Of a stretch of 58,998 nucleotides of DNA, positions 20,433 through 29,737 are shown piece after piece. Origin of the DNA: an uncultured Eubacteriales bacterium (GTDB lineage: Bacteria > Bacillota_I > Bacilli_A > RF39 > UBA660); NCBI GenBank assembly GCA_900313815.1, contig OMST01000008.1:1-58998 (forward strand), given 5' to 3'. Numbering within the stretch: the first letter of the stretch is position 1; the number at the start of each line of letters is the position of its first letter. Position numbers and translations under genes: made by a program. Below the pieces are notes generated by a model, which was not told where the DNA came from, ran no database searches, and saw only the letters and a list, made by a program, of their open reading frames with translations.

Positions 20433-20792
20433 TTATCTACGAAGAATTGGAAAATCTTCTCCATAATTTGCTTTGAATTTTTCTTCGCTCATTACAGTGA
20501 ATGTTTCTCTCATATCATGTTGATACATAGGGATTTCAACTTTTCCATCTTCAATCAAATATTTATTATAAATATACTTTAAAGGAGTTAAAAATCCGTA
20601 TTTTAAATCTATAAGTTGATGAAATAATTCCATGGTTTCCATATCAATTGGTATATCATGTTCTAATAAAAAATTCATTCTGCTATATAAATTGCTTATA
20701 TTAGAATTAATATCATCAATATCAAAAAACACAACTATTTTTTCTCCATTTTCTTTTTCTAATTCTACAAAATTATTATCACAATCAAACAT
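20433..20792 (-). CDS. Hypothetical protein
   Basis: 119-aa acidic ORF with no motif recognised. Lies 12 nt downstream of the 117-aa ORF. Confidence 0.45.
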   Translation of the reverse strand: MFDCDNNFVELEKENGEKIVVFFDIDDINSNISNLYSRMNFLLEHDIPIDMETMELFHQLIDLKYGFLTPLKYIYNKYLIEDGKVEIPMYQHDMRETFTVMSEEKFKANYGEDFPILRR

Positions 20793-20804
20793 GTTTACCT
20801 CCTA

Positions 20805-21158
20805 CTATTTTTCTTTATTTTCAAATTTTTTTCTTCTTGCAAGTGTACTTCTATTATATTTTCCAAATATATTATCTCTATCATATATTATTCTGCTATA
20901 TGTATATGATAAGCAATTTGATTCATCAATATCTAGATCCTCCACTTTAATTGGATGTATTACTACATCTAAACCATGATGATATTGATATAATCCTTTT
21001 TTAGATACTTGTTCTAAAAAGTCATCCCATTCTTCATAAACTAATGTTATATGATAAACATATTTAATTGGGCAAACATAGGCTGCTATTAAAGATTTAC
21101 CATACTTTGCTTTTTTATAATTATCAACAACTTTATCTAATTCTTCGTCAATTGTCAT
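20805..21158 (-). CDS. Hypothetical protein
   Basis: 117-aa ORF with a basic C-terminal tail. No motif recognised. Confidence 0.45.
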   Translation of the reverse strand: MTIDEELDKVVDNYKKAKYGKSLIAAYVCPIKYVYHITLVYEEWDDFLEQVSKKGLYQYHHGLDVVIHPIKVEDLDIDESNCLSYTYSRIIYDRDNIFGKYNRSTLARRKKFENKEK

Positions 21159-21246
21159 TATAACATCTCCCCTTGTGAGTTAGTATTATATAACTAATAA
21201 TTATTTTTTGCAATTAAAAAGTTTTAGTATGTCTAAAACTTAATAA

Positions 21247-21420
21247 TTATTTTTTTAATCTTAGTTTTCTAGTTTTTCCATATATAAATATATTTGTTGT
21301 TTTAGTAATTGTTTGTTCTTCCGGAAAAACAGCTTCTACTTTTTGTTTACCATCAACAGCTGATAAAAGCATTCCTAAACTAAGTACCGCTGATAACACT
21401 TTTTTACTCTTGATTGTCAT
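21247..21420 (-). CDS. Small putative secreted peptide (57 aa), below the ORF-track cutoff
   Basis: Hand translation gives MTIKSKKVLSAVLSLGMLLSAVDGKQKVEAVFPEEQTITKTTNIFIYGKTRKLRLKK. RBS GAGGT lies 5 nt upstream. The N-terminus resembles a signal peptide. It fills an otherwise empty 300-nt gap. Confidence 0.4.
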   Translation of the reverse strand: MTIKSKKVLSAVLSLGMLLSAVDGKQKVEAVFPEEQTITKTTNIFIYGKTRKLRLKK

Positions 21421-21465
21421 AATTACCTCACTTCATAAATATTATATATTATTAACAAATATTTT

Positions 21466-21894
21466 TCAATTGTTCTTTATTAGATCTAAATCTCCATTTA
21501 ATATAATTGGATTAAATCCTTTTACTTCATCATATAACATACTATCAGGATATCCATATAACATAAATATTTTTTTATTTTGCATAAATGCTTCATACAT
21601 TTCTAGGAATGTAGATGCTCCTACATAGTTTTTATATTCTACTCCATTTTTAGTTTTAGAATAATTTAATACAAGTACAGCATCTACTTTAGATATTTTA
21701 TCTTTGCTTTCATAATACATCTTTTTAAAAAATTCTACATATTCTTCATGAGTCATATCATCATAATTTTCTTCTACTTCATTACCATCATAACCATTAG
21801 GTAACAATAATGAGTAACCTTCTTGTTCTAATTTTTCTTTAATTGGTTTTACTTTATCATAAAACATTGTTGAACATATAATCATTATTTTCAT
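21466..21894 (-). CDS. Nucleoside 2-deoxyribosyltransferase-like superfamily protein
   Basis: 142 aa. Flavodoxin-like start MKIMIICS and YVGASTFLEMYEAFMQNKKIF, which resembles the NDT-like G-x-x-x-E-x-G/A motif. Its start is 8 nt after the SecA-like stop. Confidence 0.35.
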   Translation of the reverse strand: MKIMIICSTMFYDKVKPIKEKLEQEGYSLLLPNGYDGNEVEENYDDMTHEEYVEFFKKMYYESKDKISKVDAVLVLNYSKTKNGVEYKNYVGASTFLEMYEAFMQNKKIFMLYGYPDSMLYDEVKGFNPIILNGDLDLIKNN

Positions 21895-21902
21895 AATATC
21901 AC

Positions 21903-24395
21903 CTATCTTTGTATACTTGTATCTTCTATATCACTTTTCATTTCATATTGACCATATGCCATAGTAGGATTTAAAGCATAAGTAATTATTTCATTTTTAA
22001 TAGTCATTAACATATTGATGAATGACATAGCACAATTACGTTTATATTCTTCAAATGGATCTTTTGAAGCATAAGCAGCAAATCTAGCATCATCTTTTGC
22101 ATAATTTAATGTTGTAAGCTCAATAAACCAATTACTATCGATTGATTTTAATAACTTAGGTAATACTGCTTCGTTATAATTTTTATCTTTTGAAACATCT
22201 ACTAATCTATTATTTAATTCTTCAGTAATGTTTCTAATTACTACAGCTTTATTACCAGTAGAATATAATTTGTCCATATTAACTAAATGTCCTATTTTAT
22301 TAACAACTTCATCTCTACTATAATTATTTACTAAATCAGTAATATATGTAGTTATAGTAGAACTTATTACTTTTGTTAAATCCTCTGCATCTAATAACAT
22401 ATTTCTATATTCATATACCGCATCTTTTTGAGCAGATAGTATTGAATAATATTTTTCGCTTTGAATTCTTTGAGCTTTATCAGATGCCTCTCTTCCTTTT
22501 TGACAAGTTACAACTAGTTTTTTAAGCATCGGACTATCAATTTTTTTATCTCCATATATTTTATGTTGCGCTTGAGATAATTTATCCCCTACTCTTGCAG
22601 TGACCAGTTCATCTTCTAATGAAACATAGAATTTTGTTTCACCTGGATCTCCTTGTCTTGCTGCTCTACCTCTTAATTGATTATCTATTCTTTCATTTTT
22701 ATTTCTAGTACATGATATTACATAAAGACCGCCAAGTTTTGCTACTCCCTCTCCAAGCTTAATATCAGTTCCACGTCCTGCCATATTAGTTGCTATAGTA
22801 ACTGCACCAAATTCACCAGCATGAGCTATTATACCAGCTTCATTTGCATCTTGTTTTGCATTTAATACCATATGTCTAATACCAGCACTTGCAAGCATTT
22901 TAGATAATGCTTCGCTTTCTTCTATACTAGTTACTCCCAGTAAAACAGGTTGACCTTTTTGATGCTTTTTGACAATATCAGCTACTATAGCCTTGTATTT
23001 TGCTTTTTTGGTAGCATATAATTCATCTTCATGATCTATTCTAATATTCGGTCTACGACTATCTACCACATATGTAGGAAGTCCATTATATATTTCAGAA
23101 AATTCTTCAGGATTACTTGTTCCTGTCATTCCTGAAATACCAGATTTATACATTCTAATAAAATCCGGATAAGTACATAATCCTGTAGTAACTGTTTCTT
23201 CTTGAATATCAACTCTATATCCGAGTTTATTTTGAACAGCTATACTATCTTGATAAGCTTCTATTGCTTCATGATATCCATTTTGAATTCGTCTTCCTTT
23301 TAATACTCTTCCTGTAGATTCATCTACTAATGCTACTTCTTTAAATCCTTTTCTTTTAGGATCATCTTGTAATATATATTGTTTTCCATTTTCATAATAA
23401 TACTTTGCTAAAATACATTTTTCAATAATATCACATCTAAGAGCCATAACTGCTTCATCTACTTTAGGATCTCCAGTCTTAATAAAAGAATTATTTATTA
23501 ATTGATATAATCTTTCAGAAAAGAATACATTACCAGTATTTCTAAATACAACTGCCAAATCTTTTCCATAAACCATATCACTATTATCTTCTTTTTCTTC
23601 TACTCTACAATTAATTTTTGATACAAAATCAGTAGCCCATCTATATAAATCTTTTATATTTTTTGAAGATGCAAATTCATTATATACATTTGTACTAGAA
23701 GTGATTAATGGTGTGGTTGCATCATCAAGTAAAATACTATCGACTTCATCTATTATTGCATAGTTGAATCCTTTACTTTGAACTCTTTCTTCTCTAGATT
23801 TTACTTTATTATCATCTAAATAATCAAAAACAATAGAAGAAGCAGTTGAATAAATAATATCACATTTATATTGTTTTCTTTTTTCATCTCTAGACATTAC
23901 ACCTTTAGGCTTTATAATTCCACAAGTAAGTCCTAATAAATTAAATACTGGTTCATTATCAATTTTATCTCTTTCTGCTAGATAATCATTAGCAGTTAAT
24001 ACATGAACTCCTTTTCCATCTAAAGCATTTAAATAGGCACATAAAATTTGGACAAGTGTTTTACCTTCTCCAGTTTTCATTTCTGCGATTATTCCATCTT
24101 GCATACTAACAGCAGCTTCTAATTGACATTTATAAGGAAACTTCCTAATTTCATTAGTTTTACCATGTTTTCTATAAATAGCTTCACGAACAAGAGCAAA
24201 TGCTTCAACCATTATGTCTTTCTTAGATGCACCACTTTTTAATTTGTCTTTTAATCTTAAAGTTTCACGAGCAAAATCAGCATCATTATACTTTCTATAT
24301 TTTGGCGCAAGAGCATCAATTTGATCTACTATTTTTTTAATTCTAGCCTTATTAGAATCTGTATAACTTTTAAACAAACCGTCAGTAATACTCAT
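21903..24395 (-). CDS. SecA-family preprotein translocase ATPase, divergent (SecA2-like)
   Basis: 830 aa from ATG 24395 (RBS AGGTGGTG). Walker A MKTGEGKTL, DEAD-like IIDEVDSILLDDATTPLI and LTANDYLAERD. No C-terminal Cys-rich zinc tail. Not flanked by prfB or hpf. Confidence 0.8.
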   Translation of the reverse strand: MSITDGLFKSYTDSNKARIKKIVDQIDALAPKYRKYNDADFARETLRLKDKLKSGASKKDIMVEAFALVREAIYRKHGKTNEIRKFPYKCQLEAAVSMQDGIIAEMKTGEGKTLVQILCAYLNALDGKGVHVLTANDYLAERDKIDNEPVFNLLGLTCGIIKPKGVMSRDEKRKQYKCDIIYSTASSIVFDYLDDNKVKSREERVQSKGFNYAIIDEVDSILLDDATTPLITSSTNVYNEFASSKNIKDLYRWATDFVSKINCRVEEKEDNSDMVYGKDLAVVFRNTGNVFFSERLYQLINNSFIKTGDPKVDEAVMALRCDIIEKCILAKYYYENGKQYILQDDPKRKGFKEVALVDESTGRVLKGRRIQNGYHEAIEAYQDSIAVQNKLGYRVDIQEETVTTGLCTYPDFIRMYKSGISGMTGTSNPEEFSEIYNGLPTYVVDSRRPNIRIDHEDELYATKKAKYKAIVADIVKKHQKGQPVLLGVTSIEESEALSKMLASAGIRHMVLNAKQDANEAGIIAHAGEFGAVTIATNMAGRGTDIKLGEGVAKLGGLYVISCTRNKNERIDNQLRGRAARQGDPGETKFYVSLEDELVTARVGDKLSQAQHKIYGDKKIDSPMLKKLVVTCQKGREASDKAQRIQSEKYYSILSAQKDAVYEYRNMLLDAEDLTKVISSTITTYITDLVNNYSRDEVVNKIGHLVNMDKLYSTGNKAVVIRNITEELNNRLVDVSKDKNYNEAVLPKLLKSIDSNWFIELTTLNYAKDDARFAAYASKDPFEEYKRNCAMSFINMLMTIKNEIITYALNPTMAYGQYEMKSDIEDTSIQR

Positions 24396-24445
24396 AGACA
24401 CCACCTATCTTATATAAATATAACATTTTTAATATATTTTTTCAA

Positions 24446-27328
24446 TTAATTACTTAATAAAATCATATTATATATTATTAATTGATACTCATTATTTCTT
24501 CTTTCAACTTTTCCTTGTATTTTATATACATTATTTTTCTTTATTTCAACAAGTTTAGCATATGTATCAGGAAATATTATTCCTTCAATGCTATCATATT
24601 CATCACTTAATCTTATAAATGACATTTTCTTTAAATTCTTTGTTTTAATATTATTAATACTCTCTACATATAACACTGTTGTTATAACTTTATTAAAATA
24701 TTTTTTATATTCATTTAAATTAATAGAATTATTTCTGTCAAATTTAGTAACTGGATGAAATGATAAATAAAATCCATAATTAGCTATCTCTTTATCTATT
24801 ATTTCTATATCAGTAAAATCATCAACATGTTCAAATACAGGTTTATCTTCAAGTACTGTATTTAAATCTTTACATAAAGTAACATAATTAATTATTTCAT
24901 CTATATTTAATATTAATTCTTTTTTATTAACATTAAATATATCAAACGCTCCACACTCTATTAAAGATATTATTATTCTCTTATTAATATTTTTAGAATA
25001 GCATCTAATCATAAAGTCATAAAATGATTGAAATTCACCTTTTTCTCTTTCTTTAACTATTTCATCTGAAACAGTAAAAGCTATAGATTTAATAATACTA
25101 AAAGGTAATACTAATTCATTATCTTTAATAATAAATTCATGAGAAGAAAAATTTATATCTATTTTATGAAACTTAATACCAAGTATTTTAGACTCATCTA
25201 AATATTCTTTTAGTGTTTCACTACTTTTATTCATATTAAGTAAATTTCTCATAAAATAGATTGTATAATTAATCTTTAAATATGCCATCTGAAATGCTAA
25301 TACTGAATATACTACTGAATGGGATTTATTAAATCCATATGAAGAGAATTTAATTATTAAATTATATAATTCTTCACCTATTTCTTTAGTATATCCTTTA
25401 TCTATAACACCACCAATAAACCTATCTTTATTCTTAAGAATGACATCTTCTTTTTTCTTAGACATTGCTCTTCTTATAATATCTGCTTCAGAATAACTAT
25501 ATCCACCTATTTCTCTTAATATTTCAAGTACTTGTTCTTGATATATTATTATTCCATATGTACTTTTTAAAATAGGTTCTAATTCTTTAACTAAATATGT
25601 TATTTTTTCTTTACCCTTTTTACGTTTAATGTATGTTGGTATCATTTCACGAGGACCTGGTCTATATAAAGCAATCGCATCTATTAATGTATTAAAAGAA
25701 TCACATTCCAAATCTTTTAAGAATGCTCTCATACCGCTACTTTCAAATTGAAATATTCCTGTAGTATATGCATTCTTAAATAAATTTAATGTTTTCTTGT
25801 CATTTAAATTAATAGAATTAATATCTAAATCTATACCATGTGCTTTAATATCATTTAATATATTTGATATTGTATTAAGATTTTTAATAGATAAGAAATC
25901 CATCTTTAATAATCCTAATGATTCAATATATTCCATAGAATATCCAGTTAATATAACATCATTACTTTTATATAAAGGCATAAAATTATAAAGCTCTATA
26001 TCACTTATAACAACACCTGCAGCATGTATGCTAGTATTCTTTTTAAGACCACATAATTTGTTACATATCTTAATTAAATTATCTATTTCTATACTGTTTT
26101 TAACTACTTTATTATATTCTTTATTTGATTTAAGAGCATCAAATGTTTTCTCATCACTTATAGTCTTACATATATTATCTATTAATATAGGATTAATATT
26201 TAATACTTTACCAACATCATGTATAACTTGTTTAGGTAAAAGTGTATTAAAAGATACTATTCTACTAGTATTTAAATGACCATATTTATTACATACATAT
26301 TCTATAACATCATCACGTCTTAAAGAATCAAAATCTATATCTATATCTGGCATAGTAATTCTATCTGGATTTAAAAATCTTTCAAATATTAAATTATATT
26401 TTAATGGATCTATATTAATAATACCAAGAGCATAGTTAACGAGGGAAGCTGCTCCACTACCTCTTCCAGGCCCGACTAAAATATTATGCTTTTTAGCAAA
26501 TAAAACAAAATCATAAACTATTAAGAAATAATCTACATAATTCATCTTTTCTATTACAGATAATTCATATATAATTCTGTTTTTATATTCTAGAGGTACA
26601 TTTCCATTAAGTCTTTTATCAAGGCCTTTTTTAACTAATGCTTTTAAATAATTTAAAGAATTATCTTTATATTTAGGTATATGTGTCTTTATACTAGGTA
26701 ATTCTATATTTATATCATTACAAAACTTAGAAGTAGTTTCACTATCATAATCATTTATATTTAGATTGAAATAACTATCTCTAACATCTATTTTATCTTC
26801 TATAGTTTTAGATAATTCAATATATTTTAAATATCTAAAATAATCTTTATCAGTAGAATCAAAATATCTTATCAATGGTAAATATATTATATTATTAGTA
26901 ACAACAAGTGCTTCTGTTTTTTCCCTATTATTACTATACATTACATATACTTCATCAAATATTAATTTAAAGTTATCATAATCAGTAGAAGAACATACAC
27001 ACTTAATATTAGGATACTTTATATCTTTAAATGTTAATGTTTCTAAATTACGCTTAGTAACTATTTTAAATAATGAAACAAGTCCATCATAGTTTTTAGC
27101 ATATAATATAAATGAAGTGTTTTCTATATTTAGTTCAACACCAATTATAGGTTTAATATTATTAGAGATACACTTATTAATAAATTCCATTGTTCCAAAC
27201 ATAGTTGAATCACTAATGCCTAGACAATTAATATCATTTTTTAATGCAAATGAAATCAAATCATCTATTTTAATTAGACTATTCATTAAATCATATTCTG
27301 TTTTAACATTTAATGGAATATATTTCAT
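24446..27328 (-). CDS. dnaE: DNA polymerase III alpha subunit (DnaE type)
   Basis: 960 aa from MKYIPLNVKTEYDL at 27328 (RBS GGAGA). Pol III alpha core patterns GPGRGSGAASLVNYALGI, PDIDIDF and GLLKMDFL. The N-terminal PHP His residues are replaced (IPLNVKTEY). Confidence 0.9.
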   Translation of the reverse strand: MKYIPLNVKTEYDLMNSLIKIDDLISFALKNDINCLGISDSTMFGTMEFINKCISNNIKPIIGVELNIENTSFILYAKNYDGLVSLFKIVTKRNLETLTFKDIKYPNIKCVCSSTDYDNFKLIFDEVYVMYSNNREKTEALVVTNNIIYLPLIRYFDSTDKDYFRYLKYIELSKTIEDKIDVRDSYFNLNINDYDSETTSKFCNDINIELPSIKTHIPKYKDNSLNYLKALVKKGLDKRLNGNVPLEYKNRIIYELSVIEKMNYVDYFLIVYDFVLFAKKHNILVGPGRGSGAASLVNYALGIINIDPLKYNLIFERFLNPDRITMPDIDIDFDSLRRDDVIEYVCNKYGHLNTSRIVSFNTLLPKQVIHDVGKVLNINPILIDNICKTISDEKTFDALKSNKEYNKVVKNSIEIDNLIKICNKLCGLKKNTSIHAAGVVISDIELYNFMPLYKSNDVILTGYSMEYIESLGLLKMDFLSIKNLNTISNILNDIKAHGIDLDINSINLNDKKTLNLFKNAYTTGIFQFESSGMRAFLKDLECDSFNTLIDAIALYRPGPREMIPTYIKRKKGKEKITYLVKELEPILKSTYGIIIYQEQVLEILREIGGYSYSEADIIRRAMSKKKEDVILKNKDRFIGGVIDKGYTKEIGEELYNLIIKFSSYGFNKSHSVVYSVLAFQMAYLKINYTIYFMRNLLNMNKSSETLKEYLDESKILGIKFHKIDINFSSHEFIIKDNELVLPFSIIKSIAFTVSDEIVKEREKGEFQSFYDFMIRCYSKNINKRIIISLIECGAFDIFNVNKKELILNIDEIINYVTLCKDLNTVLEDKPVFEHVDDFTDIEIIDKEIANYGFYLSFHPVTKFDRNNSINLNEYKKYFNKVITTVLYVESINNIKTKNLKKMSFIRLSDEYDSIEGIIFPDTYAKLVEIKKNNVYKIQGKVERRNNEYQLIIYNMILLSN

Positions 27329-27361
27329 ACTATCTCCTTTATTACATTTTAACATTTTTTT

Positions 27362-27398
27362 AATAAAATAAAAATATCACTTTTTAATAAGTGATATT
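27362..27398 (-). terminator. Rho-independent terminator after pilin-like C
   Basis: Perfect 10-bp inverted repeat aatatcactt (27373-27382) / aagtgatatt (27389-27398). The minus-strand tail is U-rich. Confidence 0.6.
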
Positions 27399-29188
27399 TA
27401 ATTAGTATGTGGTTTTATAATAACAATTCCAGAACCTCCTGATCCTCCAGCTCCACAAATACCACTTGGGCAAAATCCGCCTGCTCCGCCTCCGCCGCCA
27501 GAACCTGTTGATGCTGTTCCATGCCCATTATTGCCAACAGAATTTGCATATCCAGTAAGTCCTCTGCTTACAGCGCCTGCACCACCTCCGCCTGCGCCTC
27601 CTACACTCGCAGTAGCAGAACCATTTGACCATGAATGAGAGCCTCCGCCACCACCAGCGCCAAATATTCCAAATCCGGATATAGTAGTGCCTCGAATCCC
27701 ATTTTCTCCCCAATAATGATTTCCATTATATGTGGATGTTGCTGTGCCACCGTTTCCACCTCTAGCACCATTAGTTAGTGTCCCACTTACTGTTCCGCTC
27801 TTAGTTGATCCGCCTGCTCCACTATTAGTACCATCGCTAAATTTGCCACCAGAACCTCCACTTACGGAAGCTATAGTAGTTGTCCCTAGTTTAATTATAG
27901 TGTTTCCACCATCAACTCCATATTCGGCAGCAGCAGAGCTACCTCCGTTTCCGCCTCTTCCAATATAAATAGTATATGTTCCTTGAGCAGTGTAATTACT
28001 TATAAAGAGTATGGCTCCTCCACCGCCGCCTCCGCCACCATTGTAAGAACCTCCAATGGCAGAATTGATCATGCCTGACGAAGCACCACCTCCGCCACCT
28101 CCGACCATATAAATATCGACGTTAGTGGCACTGGTAAATGTAATTGTTCCACTGCTAGTTATTCTCTTTGATGCGTTATTATAATTTCCATAATTAGTTA
28201 AACTTGATGTGCATTGAGAAGATGAGGATGAGCCTGTTGAACTGCTCGTACCATCAGGGCATTGAGTTCTTCCCGAATTAGAAGCCGTACTTACCACATC
28301 ATGAGCGTATCTTTTACCCGCCGGGCAATAGAACCCATTTGGACAAGTTTGGCAAGTATTGCCACTTTGTGGTAAATATGTGCCAGCAGTACAATTAACA
28401 TAACACTCCGTGACTGCTTTTGCATTTGAATCACTATTCATGGAAGTTGGGCAATTGCTAAGTCCATGATTTTGCGTATCACTGTAATATGCCTTACCAC
28501 CAGTACAATACTTTCCCGCTGGACAAACACTACATAATGTTGTTCCAGCTGCTAAATAGTTCCCAGCAGTACAATTAATATAGCACGCAGTTTTATCAGA
28601 TGAATTAGCCGAGCTTGTCATGCCTGCTGGACAATTTTCTTTTCCGCTATCAGTGCTAGCATTAAAAGCATATGTTCCACCTGGACAATACGAACCTGCT
28701 AGGCAAGGTGCACATTCTCTAGTTCCTGCTGCTAAATATTTTTTAGCTTCGCATGTGTATTCATCTACACCATTTGCAGTTACATATATAGTATCACTTG
28801 CTGATAAATTACTTATAGTTTCAATATCACTAGAAACTATTGTATCAATTGTTCCTGTTTTTCTGCATTGATAAGTACCATTTTCTGCTAGAAGTTTAAC
28901 AACCTTACCATTACCATCCATCTCTACATAATAATGAAGGTCTGAACTTCCAGATAAATTTAATTTACTGGTTGAGCCTTCAACATTAGACCACGATTTA
29001 GGAACTCCACCGTCAAGTAAATATTGTTGTCTTGCTGTTCTTATTATTGTATTTAATTCATTATTAAAACTATCCATCCTTGCTTGTTCAAACATTCTTA
29101 GTACTGCTGGTAATGCCATAATAACTAGAATAGCTAATATTGCTATTACAGCTAGTAACTCTACTAATGTAAATCCTTTTCTATTCAT
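27398..29188 (-). CDS. Prepilin-type N-terminal domain fused to a Cys-rich repeat module and a glycine-rich domain (pilin-like C)
   Basis: 596 aa starting MNRKG|FTLVELLAVIAILAILVIMALP. Residues 145-326 hold three roughly 58-aa repeats of C..C.AG.YC.GG type. Residues ~345-596 carry poly-Gly blocks (VGGGGGGAS, NGGGGGGGGAILF, GRGGNGG, GGAGGGGAG). Flanked by terminators on both sides. Confidence 0.85.
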   Translation of the reverse strand: MNRKGFTLVELLAVIAILAILVIMALPAVLRMFEQARMDSFNNELNTIIRTARQQYLLDGGVPKSWSNVEGSTSKLNLSGSSDLHYYVEMDGNGKVVKLLAENGTYQCRKTGTIDTIVSSDIETISNLSASDTIYVTANGVDEYTCEAKKYLAAGTRECAPCLAGSYCPGGTYAFNASTDSGKENCPAGMTSSANSSDKTACYINCTAGNYLAAGTTLCSVCPAGKYCTGGKAYYSDTQNHGLSNCPTSMNSDSNAKAVTECYVNCTAGTYLPQSGNTCQTCPNGFYCPAGKRYAHDVVSTASNSGRTQCPDGTSSSTGSSSSSQCTSSLTNYGNYNNASKRITSSGTITFTSATNVDIYMVGGGGGGASSGMINSAIGGSYNGGGGGGGGAILFISNYTAQGTYTIYIGRGGNGGSSAAAEYGVDGGNTIIKLGTTTIASVSGGSGGKFSDGTNSGAGGSTKSGTVSGTLTNGARGGNGGTATSTYNGNHYWGENGIRGTTISGFGIFGAGGGGGSHSWSNGSATASVGGAGGGGAGAVSRGLTGYANSVGNNGHGTASTGSGGGGGAGGFCPSGICGAGGSGGSGIVIIKPHTN

Positions 29189-29233
29189 CTATTATCACCT
29201 ATATTAATTATAACACTATAAGATTTATATTCA

Positions 29234-29259
29234 ATAAAAAAGTAGTGATATACACTACT
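29234..29259 (-). terminator. Rho-independent terminator after divIVA
   Basis: agtagtg (29241-29247) / cactact (29253-29259) with a 5-nt loop, followed by U5. Overlaps the divIVA stop. Confidence 0.5.
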
Positions 29260-29710
29260 AATCATATTTATTATCTATTTCTTCAAAATTAACTCTATCC
29301 ATTTCATCAATAACTTCAAGTTGATTTTGAATTATTTGTCTTAATCTTCTTTTTAGGACATTGGTATTTCTTTTTAATTGGTCTGCATGATTTTGTGCTC
29401 TTTCAGCTTTTAATAATGCATCATTTATAATTCTACTAGCATTACGTCTAGCTTCATTAATTAATTGTTCTGCTTCTGTACGTGCATTCTTTTTAATTTG
29501 ATCTCCCGCACTTTCAGCAGTATATATTGCTCTATTCATCGTGTCTTCTATTTTTTGATAATAAGCAATTTGTTCAGTTAATTTTTTATTTTCTTCAGCA
29601 GTCTTTTGACTTCGTCTTAGTAACAATTCATAATTCTTAATTACATCATCTAAGAATTTTTGAACTTGATACTTATCATAACCGCGGAAGACAGTATCGA
29701 ACTTGTTCAT
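29258..29710 (-). CDS. divIVA: DivIVA-family cell division protein
   Basis: 150 aa. N-terminus FDTVFRGYDKYQVQKFLDDV followed by coiled coil. sepF lies upstream, as in the ylm-divIVA cluster. Confidence 0.85.
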   Translation of the reverse strand: MNKFDTVFRGYDKYQVQKFLDDVIKNYELLLRRSQKTAEENKKLTEQIAYYQKIEDTMNRAIYTAESAGDQIKKNARTEAEQLINEARRNASRIINDALLKAERAQNHADQLKRNTNVLKRRLRQIIQNQLEVIDEMDRVNFEEIDNKYD

Positions 29711-29737
29711 GCTCCACCTCTTAAATATTTTTTAAAA

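Noticed and set aside
27400-28760. Local GC spike as proof of horizontal transfer
   Set aside because: The enrichment is largely forced by Gly (GGN), Ala, Cys and Pro codons in this domain. Composition alone cannot establish foreign origin, so it is reported only as an observation within the pilin-fusion finding.
27528-28871. Track ORFs 27528-27713 (-), 27732-27968 (+) and 28620-28871 (+), encoding R/W/C-rich or Pro-rich peptides
   Set aside because: They lie entirely inside the 596-aa pilin-fusion gene. They exist because the locally GC-rich Gly/Cys-coding DNA has few stop codons in other frames. None has an RBS, and their products are low-complexity shadows.
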